Shown here piece by piece: positions 51,746 to 60,947 of a stretch of 64,000 nucleotides of DNA. Source of the stretch: a bacterium (GTDB lineage Bacteria; Zhuqueibacterota; Zhuqueibacteria; Residuimicrobiales; Krinioviventaceae); NCBI GenBank assembly GCA_963674595.2, contig CAXXFV010000027.1, positions 96,001-160,000 of the forward strand. The letters are read 5' to 3'. The notes under the pieces were generated by a model, which worked only from the letters and a program-made list of their open reading frames with translations, was not told the DNA's origin and made no database searches. Made by a program: the position numbers and the translations under genes. The stretch's first letter is position 1. Every line of letters starts with the position of its first letter.

Positions 51746-52437
51746 TTAATTAAGAAAATCCCATTTCAAAGCGATATAACCAGTGCTGGTGGGTGCCGGA
51801 TCAGCGGGAAAATCAGTAACAATAAGTTTTACCAGACGCCCTTCACTTGTCTGAACAATCCATACAATTTCATCATCAGCAACATCGTTATTTGCACTAG
51901 TTTTCCACCTGATACCGATAACCAGCTTTTTATATTCCTTTGTAACCCCTGATGAAAGGGGCTTTCCAGTATTACCAAGTTTCCAAATCTGTGAGATCAA
52001 AAGTTGTATCGTCGGATTTATAAGTAACGGCCTGCATGTTGTCTGCTGTTAAATTTTCAAAAGCAGTTAATCCGGTACAGAGAGTATCCACGGCACTGTA
52101 ATTCACAGCCTGAGTCTTTTCAGACAATACGATACGCGGCATACCTCCTAACGTACCGTCCGGCTTTTCGGCTTTAGTTGTAATTATTTTTAATATCAAA
52201 ATCAAAATCAGAAACGGTTAAAGAGTCCATATTGTTTGCTCCGCCTGCTTTATCGTTATATTCAAAATCGAATCCAACTCCACCTGGATTTCTGCTGGCA
52301 CAAATCAAATAGGGCGATGACAAAGATACAAAAATTTCACTGCTCTTATTGGAAACAGGATTATTATCATCATCACTACAACCGATAAGAGTAAAAGCCA
52401 AATATGCGCATAGTAAAAAAAGTATTTTCGATTTCAT
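51746..52437 (-). CDS. HmuY-like lipoprotein, two +1 frameshifts
   Basis: Lipobox LIGC-SDDD; DFDI; C-terminal VWIVQTSEGRLVKLIVTDF...TGYIALKW resembles HmuY; lies directly before a TonB receptor. Confidence 0.6.
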
Positions 52438-52479
52438 CAAGATTCCTTTCATTTATTCAAAAGTACGTTGCTGTTTATT

Positions 52480-52989
52480 TTATTTAAATTCATCTTCAAG
52501 CTGCTGCACCCATGAGGTGATACGCTTTTCGGTTAATTGTCCCTGATTATCATCGTCCAAAACAAGGCCAACAAACTGTCCGTTAATTTCTGCTTTTGAT
52601 GAATCGTAATTATATCCTTCAATGCAAGTACTACCTACTATTTTACACTCCTTATCAAGCAATACTTTATAAACTTTACCCAGGGCATCAACAAACGAAT
52701 CGCTATATGCTTCCTGATCACCATAGCCAAAAATTGCCACCTTTTTTCCTGACAAATTAGCTTTTTCAATTTCTTCCATAAAGGTATCAAAATCATCCTG
52801 AAGATCACCAACACCCCAGGTGGAAACGCCGAAAATAAGATAATTGCAGGATTCTATGTCAAGAGATGTTGCTAAAGTCACATCAAAAACTTTTGCGTCG
52901 GAACCTAATAACCTTTGAATTAATCCAGCTGCAGACTCTGTATTGCCTGTTGTGGAACCGTAAAAAATCCCAATATTATTCATAAACAT
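52480..52989 (-). CDS. fldA: Long-chain flavodoxin
   Basis: IGIFYGSTTGNTE; STWGVGDLQDD; GYGDQ..YSDSFVD; FVGLVLDDDNQ. Confidence 0.92.
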   Translation of the reverse strand: MFMNNIGIFYGSTTGNTESAAGLIQRLLGSDAKVFDVTLATSLDIESCNYLIFGVSTWGVGDLQDDFDTFMEEIEKANLSGKKVAIFGYGDQEAYSDSFVDALGKVYKVLLDKECKIVGSTCIEGYNYDSSKAEINGQFVGLVLDDDNQGQLTEKRITSWVQQLEDEFK

Positions 52990-53008
52990 TTTCCTTTCAT
53001 TGATGTAT

Positions 53009-54262
53009 TTAAAAACTATATTTTGCTTTAATCCAAAATTCACGATTGTCATTGTATTGGCCGAACATGCCTTTATCACCTGAGAACCAATCGATACCAG
53101 TCGAAAGATGTAGTTCATCCGTCAGGGCATAGGTTAAGCTGCTGCGGTCAAAAAAATCACCATGATTCATGCCGATATAGGCAAATGTGTTAATTGTTAA
53201 TGTTTCTCTTAAAAACTTTCTGGAGACATTCCATGTCGAAAACACAGTATGCTCCTTGTCGGACATGATCTCCCTATGGTCCGGGATAAACGTATCCGTC
53301 AATTGAGCACTGAGCGTCCAGTTATTTCCCGGATACCAGTCTACCCCCAGCAGCCACTTCCATATATTTCTATCGAACAAATCGCCGGGTAAACTCTCAG
53401 TTTTAATTTTCTTACCCATAAAGAGAGCTGATTCTCCCCGGACAACAAATGCATTTTTAGGAATTGAAAAAGCGCCACCGATAAATGCAAGACGATGATG
53501 TTCTTTTCGCATATAAACCTGGTTATCCGTAACATCCATTATGCGATAAACAGGAAATTTGTCCCATGTATAAAGCCCGGACAAGGAAAAATCAATTCCG
53601 GATAAATAAAAAGAAATTTTTCCGCCAATCTCACTGCTCTTAAAAGTGTTTTCAGGTTCAAGAGAGGTTTTATAAATTATATCCATATCTTCCGGCAAAT
53701 CGCTTTCCACCACCCAGGGGTTGCCTGTTTCCGGTAATATGGCTGATTGAAAAGTAGGCAGCCAAATCAGTTCTAAAGTTGCTTTATTCATTAAACCCCT
53801 AATTTTAAACGCATCCACCGGAATACGAATGTCATCGTAATCCCTTGCCAGGAATTCCGTATAATCCATAGGAGAAATCATATCGGTTATTTGAACACCA
53901 TCGGCCTTTCCCCAAACCACAATCTGGCGGCCAATACGCATATCCCAATGATCAGCACCATATTCCATATAAGCCTCTCTAAGCTCTACGCCGCTTTGCG
54001 ATTTAAGAACATTATTTTGGATGGCATTCATCGAAAAAAAAGCCAATCCAATATCATTTTCGGCAAACATTTCCAAACGTACCCGATTTCGGGAACTCAA
54101 ATATTCATTGGGCGCGTGGACCTGAATAGCGTGATAAGAATCCACAAAACCTCGAACAGTGTATTGAGCTTGTACCGGATGCGGAAACAACATATACATG
54201 AACAGTAAAACAAAAGTTTGGTACGCCAAACTTTTTATGTAAAAAAAGGGTGGTCTTTTCAT
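53009..54262 (-). CDS. DUF1302-like outer-membrane protein
   Basis: ELREAY; IGRQIVVWGKADG; FGQY; C-terminal KAKYSF. Confidence 0.8.
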   Translation of the reverse strand: MKRPPFFYIKSLAYQTFVLLFMYMLFPHPVQAQYTVRGFVDSYHAIQVHAPNEYLSSRNRVRLEMFAENDIGLAFFSMNAIQNNVLKSQSGVELREAYMEYGADHWDMRIGRQIVVWGKADGVQITDMISPMDYTEFLARDYDDIRIPVDAFKIRGLMNKATLELIWLPTFQSAILPETGNPWVVESDLPEDMDIIYKTSLEPENTFKSSEIGGKISFYLSGIDFSLSGLYTWDKFPVYRIMDVTDNQVYMRKEHHRLAFIGGAFSIPKNAFVVRGESALFMGKKIKTESLPGDLFDRNIWKWLLGVDWYPGNNWTLSAQLTDTFIPDHREIMSDKEHTVFSTWNVSRKFLRETLTINTFAYIGMNHGDFFDRSSLTYALTDELHLSTGIDWFSGDKGMFGQYNDNREFWIKAKYSF

Positions 54263-55044
54263 TTAATTTTCCCGCGTTCCAAATTAGCTACATGAAAGAT
54301 ATTATCCTGAATACCCAAATCGTAATCTACTTTTTCCAGCTCTAATATGGTTTGGTGTTTTTCTTGAAGATTATTCATCTCCCACCTAAAAATTGTCCAA
54401 AATCCCTGCGTTTCCCGAACATCTGGACAGGTTAAAACCTTGAGTAGATCACCGTTCTTATTATAATATTCAATTTTGAATGCAGTATACGAGTCCTGCC
54501 GAATCCAGTGAATAACCTTTGAGTACATATAATCTTTATCTTTCGGAGTTGATTCTACAATCCAGCACAAATATCCTTCTATGGATTCTTCCTTTAAGAG
54601 TTTATGAACATCTTCATCTACAGACCGGTCGCCCATGTCATCATAAGTAAAATCCGATCCCATGAAATAATCATTCTTTGATGAACCGGAAATACGCCTC
54701 ACTTTTTTAAGGGCCGGCAAATAAAGCCAACGGTCATCTTCTTTTGATGCATCCTTATATTCCCACGAAAGAAATCCGGTGCCCTTAACATCGGCGGGCT
54801 TTTGGAAATACATCAATGTTTTAGTGTCCTGACCATAGTCCTTGGAGTAAGACAAAACCGTTCTCTCCCTTGTATGTCCCCGCTTGTTGATCAGCGTCAT
54901 GTGCATCAAAGTTTGGCGGTCATCCCCGTCCGGTCGTTGATCAACTTTTTCCATAATATCTCGTCCAGATAAAATTTGACCTGATGCAATTGCAGCATTA
55001 AACAAGACAAATAATAACAATGTATAACATTTTAAATTTTTCAT
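54259..55044 (-). CDS. Outer-membrane lipoprotein-sorting (LolA-like) protein
   Basis: PADVKGTGFL; DDRWLYLPALKKVRRI; FMGSDFTYDD. Confidence 0.88.
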   Translation of the reverse strand: MKNLKCYTLLLFVLFNAAIASGQILSGRDIMEKVDQRPDGDDRQTLMHMTLINKRGHTRERTVLSYSKDYGQDTKTLMYFQKPADVKGTGFLSWEYKDASKEDDRWLYLPALKKVRRISGSSKNDYFMGSDFTYDDMGDRSVDEDVHKLLKEESIEGYLCWIVESTPKDKDYMYSKVIHWIRQDSYTAFKIEYYNKNGDLLKVLTCPDVRETQGFWTIFRWEMNNLQEKHQTILELEKVDYDLGIQDNIFHVANLERGKIK

Positions 55045-55260
55045 AATAGGCTCCTGTGTTGGAGTATCAATATAAAATCCGACATACCTCCTTTAACCCG
55101 GTTCCAACCTAAGAAGCCGAAATGTTGCCGGGATTATTCCGACAACATCCGGCTTTTATAAAGGAGGAATTATTGACCAAATTTATGGCCAATATCAACA
55201 CTATCAATTTTTTGTACATACAGTCATTTGCCATTTAAAACGACCGGTACAACCTGCAAC
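55045..55260 (-). promoter_or_regulatory. Structured 5' leader with alternative RBS-sequestering pairings
   Basis: CCTCCTTTA/TAAAGGAGG outer stem around the AAGCCG-GATGTTGTCGG/CCGGCAACATT-TCGGCTT stem; TACTCC can pair with GGAGGTA or with the gene RBS GGAG. Confidence 0.5.
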
Positions 55261-55591
55261 AGCTTTCTGAGATTGATTATAAAAAATGTAATCCAATGAT
55301 AATGGTATCAAAAGAGTAATAAATAGTGCTTCCCAATCATTCCTAAATTTACATCCTATAATCTACAGTATAATAGAATGGTTTTCCATAAAGCTGTTTA
55401 ATTGATAATTAATTATAAACGGATTAATATAACAAAATGGCAAAACGAAATCTATCGCATGAAGTAATGATTTTTATATAATTGTATAGTTAAAAATAGG
55501 GATAAAAGGGGCTGTTATAACTGTTGATTTTTATAATCCGTGCCCATAAAGTATAAATTCTGATCGAATTATAAAAAGAAACCAGTTAAAA

Positions 55592-55760
55592 GGGCTACAC
55601 ATAATTAATGACAAAGATTGTGTTACCATTGGAGAACTGTCAATATATATGAGAATAGCCAGAGGTACATGGTACAATTGTGTTAGTAACGGAAAAAATT
55701 CCACATACTAAAAAAGTGAGGATTAAAATTTAACAGAGAATAAATAGATAACTAGTTATA
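55592..55760 (+). pseudogene. Decayed excisionase / MerR-like HTH (HTH_17)
   Basis: DCVTIGELSIYMRIARGTWYNCVSNGK/IPHTKKVRIK/FNRE*IDN*L with two frameshifts and two stops. Confidence 0.7.
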
Positions 55761-55940
55761 ATCAAAAAATTTAAATCCGAATGATATCTGGAAATAGATG
55801 ATAAAAAAAAGACTCATAAAGAACTGGTATAAGACCAAAGAGAATTATCTTGATTTTATGCAGTAATTTTATTAAAATTGGTAGCATTAAATCAAAAAAC
55901 ACCGAACCAGAATCGTATCCCTCCTGGACGGAAGATTTGG

Positions 55941-55962
55941 AGGTGATACAAAAGGTGATACA
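55941..55962 (+). repeat. 10-bp direct repeat AGGTGATACA x2 (integrase arm-site-like)
   Basis: AGGTGATACA-AA-AGGTGATACA about 55 bp upstream of the tRNA. Confidence 0.5.
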
Positions 55963-56017
55963 GTCGATGAAAAGTGAAAATAATTTGCAACCATAACTCA
56001 AGTAATAATAAATTATT

Positions 56018-56091
56018 GCCCCTGTAGCTCAGTAGGATAGAGCAACGGTTTCCTAAACCGTGGGCCGTGCGTTCGAATCGCGCCAGGGGCA
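56018..56091 (+). tRNA. tRNA-Arg(CCT), CCA not encoded
   Basis: GCCCCTG/CAGGGGC acceptor stem; TAGCTCAGTAGGATAGAGC D-arm; ACGGT-TTCCTAA-ACCGT anticodon arm; GTTCGAATC T-loop. Confidence 0.97.
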
Positions 56092-56098
56092 CAAAAAT

Positions 56099-56130
56099 AA
56101 AGGCAGTTTATTCTCAAGCTGCCTTTTTTT
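56099..56130 (+). terminator. Intrinsic terminator after the tRNA
   Basis: AAGGCAG...CTGCCTT followed by T run. Confidence 0.85.
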
Positions 56131-56257
56131 ATGGTTACTTTTCATGTTCTTATACGGAAAAAAATTGAAATTCCCGTTGTTATTTTTCTAAATTTGGTTA
56201 AATTATTTTTAAAATACAAATTCAAGCCAGAATTAAAAATAGAAACAGGAGATTACT

Positions 56258-56811
56258 ATGAAAAAACAAATGATATTTCTTTGTCTGTTATCTGTTGTTT
56301 TAATTCAAACTGTAAAGGCCCAGGAAAATGAAATTAGTAACAAAATGAGCCTGGGATTTCAATTAAACCAATATCAACGCGATTTTGGATTGGGAATACA
56401 GGCAACCACCCCCTATTTTGCTCAGGGCAATATGGCTGTTCGTTTTAGAGCAAACTATATGTATTTAGAACATTTGGATACCGAAAATCTGTTAGACCTT
56501 GAAATGACCTGGACTCCCTATTTCAATATATGCATCGGGCTGGTAGGTGTTTCCGGAAAATCGGCGATTTTATGCGGCTATACGGTGAAGGCGGCTCGAT
56601 CATAATACTGCCTTCAAAAGATTTTTCATCAGAAGATATGGTTTTTGGCGGTTATGGTTGTTTCGGTTTTGAATTTTATATGTATAGCAAAGCAAATTAT
56701 TTTATCGAACTCGGTGGTATTGGGACCGCAGCAACAGCCGATAAATTATCCACTAAACCAATTTATTCAAACGGTTTTCTTATCAGCACAGGATTTCGAA
56801 AACATTTTTAA
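56258..56811 (+). CDS. Outer-membrane beta-barrel protein, -1 frameshift near 56560
   Basis: Signal peptide; adding one A in the GGAAAA run joins VSGK/IGDFMRLYGEGG...ISTGFRKHF. Confidence 0.7.
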
Positions 56812-56890
56812 CCAACAAATCAAAAAAATACAAGGCAAAAACTTGAAGGCCATATAGGAACACAACCACTTTTCACGAAAAGGACCAGGA

Positions 56891-57208
56891 ATGAGAATTG
56901 CATTTAAAATGAAACTAAAACCAGGATTTGAAGAAACATACACCCAGCGGCATAATCCAATTTGGCCTGAATTAGAAGCTGTTTTGATACGTCAAGGCGT
57001 TAAAAGTTATTCAATATTTTTAGATCAGGAATCTGATACACTTTTTGCATACGCTGAGATTGAAAATCTGGAAAAATGGAAAGAAATCGCGCACACAGAC
57101 GAATGTCAAAGATGGTGGCGGTATATGGCGCCACTTATGGAAGTGAATGATGATAACAGTCCGAAAGAAATAGAATTAAAACAAGTGTTTCATATTGAAC
57201 AAAAATAA
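56891..57208 (+). CDS. rhaM: L-rhamnose mutarotase
   Basis: RIAFKMKLKPG..Y..RHNPIWPEL; YSIFLD; LFAY; CQRWWRYMAPLM. Confidence 0.93.
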   Translation: MRIAFKMKLKPGFEETYTQRHNPIWPELEAVLIRQGVKSYSIFLDQESDTLFAYAEIENLEKWKEIAHTDECQRWWRYMAPLMEVNDDNSPKEIELKQVFHIEQK

Positions 57209-57231
57209 TTAACATTAGAAAATAAACTATG

Positions 57232-57280
57232 AAAAGTCCCTCCTGTCGTTTGCTTAAACGGAAGAGGGACTTTCTTTTTA
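57232..57280 (+). terminator. Intrinsic terminator after rhaM
   Basis: AAAGTCCCTC...GAGGGACTTT followed by CTTTTT. Confidence 0.8.
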
Positions 57281-57330
57281 GAGAGAATGCTCATACTTGA
57301 ACTATCATCTGTGTATTATAATATTTTCAA

Positions 57331-57560
57331 AAAACTCTTGCACTGTTTTAAATAATATGTATAATTGTTTTATCAGTAATTAAGGTTTATTTTTGCAGAA
57401 AAATGGGTAAACTCGGGAATTTTTGAAAATCTTTTACTGATTAACCAAATATGAATATGGGAACCAAAAGCGCCAACCAGGAACATATTGTGTCGGAATT
57501 TAAATTATATTCCTGTTGTCACGCCGATAATATTATTAGATTGGGCAGAGAATACCCAAT
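57331..57560 (+). ncRNA. Candidate structured non-coding RNA or leader, copy B
   Basis: TTGCAC-16bp-TATAAT promoter; ATCAGTAA/TTACTGAT and AGGAA/TTCCT stems; homologous to 18201-18410. Confidence 0.45.
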
Positions 57561-57765
57561 TGATAGAAAAATACATGACCATCAATATTTTTCGGAAAAA
57601 CCATAGTTAGTACAACCAACTATGTTATTAACTGTTAAACATGATATAAACTAATAATAGGACACAGACCCCATTTACTAACATTCAACTTTAATATCAA
57701 TGTATTGTAATGGTTGTCTTTTAAAAGACAACTCAAATAATAACATTAATTTATTGGAGGTTGAA

Positions 57766-58173
57766 ATGCCAAGTATTAAAATTAAAAAATTTTCTATTTC
57801 TGTCCCCACGAATAGTAAAATTAACGTTAATGTCGAGTTTGATATTACACAAACAGACACTGAAAAGCGTTTAGAGATTCCAGGCAAAGTATTCTTTCAT
57901 TTAATGGAATGGGATGGTTCTTATAAAGATACCATGAATTTAACAGCAGATGGAAGTTATCTGCGAACAGGTGAACAAGATGATGATATAGCCGCCTTTT
58001 ACAAATACGCAGGTATGTTTACATCAGGAACATATAAATTTACTTTTAGTGTAGATAAAAGTCATTTACCAGGAGAATGGGGGAATGAAGAATGGTACGT
58101 TATCGGAGAATGTACAGCCGATGTAATAGATTCTCTCACGTATTCAAAGCATCTAAGTCTCAATCTCGCTTAA
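57766..58173 (+). CDS. Hypothetical protein (135 aa, beta-rich)
   Basis: GGAGG RBS before ATG 57766; followed by a hairpin. Confidence 0.65.
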   Translation: MPSIKIKKFSISVPTNSKINVNVEFDITQTDTEKRLEIPGKVFFHLMEWDGSYKDTMNLTADGSYLRTGEQDDDIAAFYKYAGMFTSGTYKFTFSVDKSHLPGEWGNEEWYVIGECTADVIDSLTYSKHLSLNLA

Positions 58174-58203
58174 AAAAGTCATAATTTTATTATGTTTTAT
58201 GTC

Positions 58204-58226
58204 AGCGGGAGCGATACTCTCCCGCT
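58204..58226 (+). terminator. Terminator-like hairpin
   Basis: AGCGGGAG-cgatact-CTCCCGCT. Confidence 0.55.
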
Positions 58227-58322
58227 CATTAAATAAAAGAGTATAAAAAAAGATGTCTGGGAATAAACGTTTTTTTATTAAAATAAATACCTGATACTTG
58301 ATTCTTTAATAGTGATATCGAC

Positions 58323-60287
58323 ATGAAAAAAAATGAATATCTAATTTTTGTAATGTTAATTTGTTTGATTCTGCTCCCTGTTTACAGCCAATCAACCGAT
58401 TTACTCAAGCAATCAAATTATTCTCCTTATTTGAGAGGTCAAAGTATTAAATCAATCCCATCCGATTTTCAGGCAACAAGCTGGTTTGAAAAACAATTGG
58501 ATTGGGTTGACGGACGGTTTTCACAGGGTTTGGCTTATGACGGCGCCTATTGGTATTTTTCAGAAAAAGATGGCCTTTATAAAACAGATGAAAATTATAA
58601 TATGCTTTTGGAGGTTACCGGTAACCAAAATCCAATTCCGGACTCTCTCAGGGCCGAGGGTTTTCATCACATCGGGGATATAGCCTGTTTTCAGGGAAAT
58701 ATTTATGCTCCGATTGAAGAACCTACCTATACAAAACCGGTGATTATTACTTTTGATGCAGACAGCCTAAAATACACGGGTTTTTGTGTGCAAGTCCCGC
58801 AAGCTCATTTCCCCTGGATTGCCGCTGATCCGAATACTGGTCTTTTTTATTCATCTGAATTTAGTAACGCAGACCGCATATTTGTCTATGATTCAAACCA
58901 AAATTTCGCCCTTGTTGATCAGATAATGTTGAGCTCCCCGGTGGACCGCGTTCAGGGCGGCGCTGTTTTGGACAGCCTTTTGTATCTTTCCTGTGATAAT
59001 GGTGATTATGTGTATAGTATGGATATAGCGACCGGTACGGTGAATTCTTTGTTCAGTGTACTGTATTTACCGGAAATGGAAGGAATTGAGGCCTGTAAAC
59101 TTCCGTCCGGATTATTGCATTTTATTGCTGAAACCGGTCTGTCGCAAAATCTATTTTATCATTACGATCAACCTTTACCGGATGATATAAAATTAAGTGC
59201 CGTTTTGCTGCCGGAACCTGAAATGCCGATTTTTAGAAAATTTAATCCGCAAATAGTTTTGCAAAACGTTGGTATGAATGTCGGGCAAAATATCAATGTA
59301 ACTTGTATAATAGATAATAATAGTGTTGAAATTTACAGGGACACTCAAATTGTATCCGATGTGGAAAGCTTTGCAGAAATAGCAGTTGTGTTCAAAGACT
59401 GGTCACCAACAGAAATCGCCACATATAATTTTACTTTTATCAGCCAAATGGCAAACGATATGAATGCACTCAATGATACGTTACGCGTTACAATGGATGC
59501 GGGAAATATCGTTGAAAATTTCAATGCCGGTACAACAAATTGGGTCCTGGAGGGAAATTGGGTCCGATTGTTGGGAAAAGATTATACCTGGGGTATTGCA
59601 ACAATGCCCCGACCCTATCAAAACAATATGAACGCAATTCTATCTTACCTCCCCTCCTTTGATTTTTCGACCATTACTTTTCCGGATTCGATTGGGCTGA
59701 GTTTCTGGATGCGATATTGGCTTGAAAGCGGCAAAGATTTCTGTTATCTAGAAGTTAGTTCAGACAGCGTTTCATGGCAGACCGTGGCCGATTTTACAGG
59801 CATTACAAGTTCCTGGGAACAAAAATTTGTGTCTTTAAATGATTTTACAGGTCCCGGATATAATAACGTGCAAATCAGGTTTCGATTCGTGTCTGATTCG
59901 CTGGGTACGGACGAAGGCATTAACTTGGATGATATACAAATTTATATAGCACAACGTTCTGCAGCCGTTGAGAAACGGCCGGATAAAAATGTTATACCTG
60001 ATGGTATAGCACTCTATCAAAATTATCCGAATCCGTTTAATCCAAGTACGGTTATTGAATACGAACTGCACTCGGGTTCAGGTCCATGTGATATAACGTT
60101 GGAGATTTTTAATATTTTAGGCGAACGGATAAAAACGTTTCGATCTGTACAGAATCCCGGTAAATACAGCTTCACCTGGGACGGTGTGGACAATTATGGC
60201 AACAGCGTTCCGAGCGGTGTTTATTATTATCGCATAAGAACGGATTTTGAATATACTTCGTTGCAAAAAATGTTATTGATGAAATGA
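58323..60287 (+). CDS. Secreted multidomain protein (propeller-like, Ig, jelly-roll, FlgD-Ig/T9SS-type C-terminus)
   Basis: Signal peptide; SQGLAYDG, HHIGD, VQGG, EMEG blades; VQIRFRFVSD..GINLDDI; QNYPNPFNP..WDG.D..G..VPSGVYYY. Confidence 0.8.
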   Translation: MKKNEYLIFVMLICLILLPVYSQSTDLLKQSNYSPYLRGQSIKSIPSDFQATSWFEKQLDWVDGRFSQGLAYDGAYWYFSEKDGLYKTDENYNMLLEVTGNQNPIPDSLRAEGFHHIGDIACFQGNIYAPIEEPTYTKPVIITFDADSLKYTGFCVQVPQAHFPWIAADPNTGLFYSSEFSNADRIFVYDSNQNFALVDQIMLSSPVDRVQGGAVLDSLLYLSCDNGDYVYSMDIATGTVNSLFSVLYLPEMEGIEACKLPSGLLHFIAETGLSQNLFYHYDQPLPDDIKLSAVLLPEPEMPIFRKFNPQIVLQNVGMNVGQNINVTCIIDNNSVEIYRDTQIVSDVESFAEIAVVFKDWSPTEIATYNFTFISQMANDMNALNDTLRVTMDAGNIVENFNAGTTNWVLEGNWVRLLGKDYTWGIATMPRPYQNNMNAILSYLPSFDFSTITFPDSIGLSFWMRYWLESGKDFCYLEVSSDSVSWQTVADFTGITSSWEQKFVSLNDFTGPGYNNVQIRFRFVSDSLGTDEGINLDDIQIYIAQRSAAVEKRPDKNVIPDGIALYQNYPNPFNPSTVIEYELHSGSGPCDITLEIFNILGERIKTFRSVQNPGKYSFTWDGVDNYGNSVPSGVYYYRIRTDFEYTSLQKMLLMK

Positions 60288-60294
60288 TTTATCC

Positions 60295-60830
60295 TTGGCA
60301 ATAACAGGGAATGGCACATACCATTTCCATTACCGTAGGGACAGCCCCCTGTGTCTGTCCTGGTATCGGGCAATTTATTGGGCAATCACAGGGGATTGCC
60401 CCTACAATATAGGGCAATTTATCGGGCAATCACAGGGGATTGCCCCTACAAAATCGGGTAATCACGGATAATCACACATACCATTTCCATTACCGTAGGG
60501 ACAGACCCCTGTGTCTGTCCTGGTATCGGGCAATTTATCGGGCAATCATAGGGGATTGCCCCTACAAAATCGGGTAATCAAAGATAATCACACATACCAT
60601 TTCCATTACCGTAGGGACAGACCCCCGTGTCTGTCCTGGTATCGGGCAATTTATCGGGCAATCATAGGGGATTGCCCCTACAAAATCGGGTAATCAAAGA
60701 TAATCACACATGCCATTTCCATTACCGTAGGGACAGACCCCCTGTGTCTGTCCTGGAATCGGGCAATTTGTCGGGCAATCACAGGGGATTGCCCCTACAA
60801 TATCGGGTAATCACAAAGATTGCCTTTACG
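60295..60830. repeat. Tandem array of GTAG-family REP doublets (BIME-like), 116-bp unit x4
   Basis: Units start at 60315, 60475, 60591 and 60707; each has GTAGGGACAGACCCCTGTGTCTGTCC and inverted GGGCAATCACAGGGGATTGCCCCTAC. Confidence 0.9.
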
Positions 60831-60947
60831 ATTTAACCTTGATTTTTTCCTGTCATTTTCCTACAATAAACAACAAGGCGGACGATTTAAATTTTTCTTA
60901 TAAATCGACATAGGTGAATTCATAAAATATTAAAAGGTGATATTATT

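Noticed and set aside
55045-55400. Cobalamin riboswitch ahead of the TonB/CbiX cluster
   Set aside because: No B12-box or GGGAA...GCCACTG core is visible.
55771-56092. Minus-strand ORFs of 76 and 66 aa
   Set aside because: They are antisense to the tRNA and relic region, with no recognisable domain.
60295-60830. CRISPR array
   Set aside because: The sequences between palindromes are near-identical rather than unique spacers, the GTAG-REP signature is present, and there are no cas genes.
60511-60836. Two short ORFs (60 and 69 aa)
   Set aside because: They are translations of the REP repeat units.
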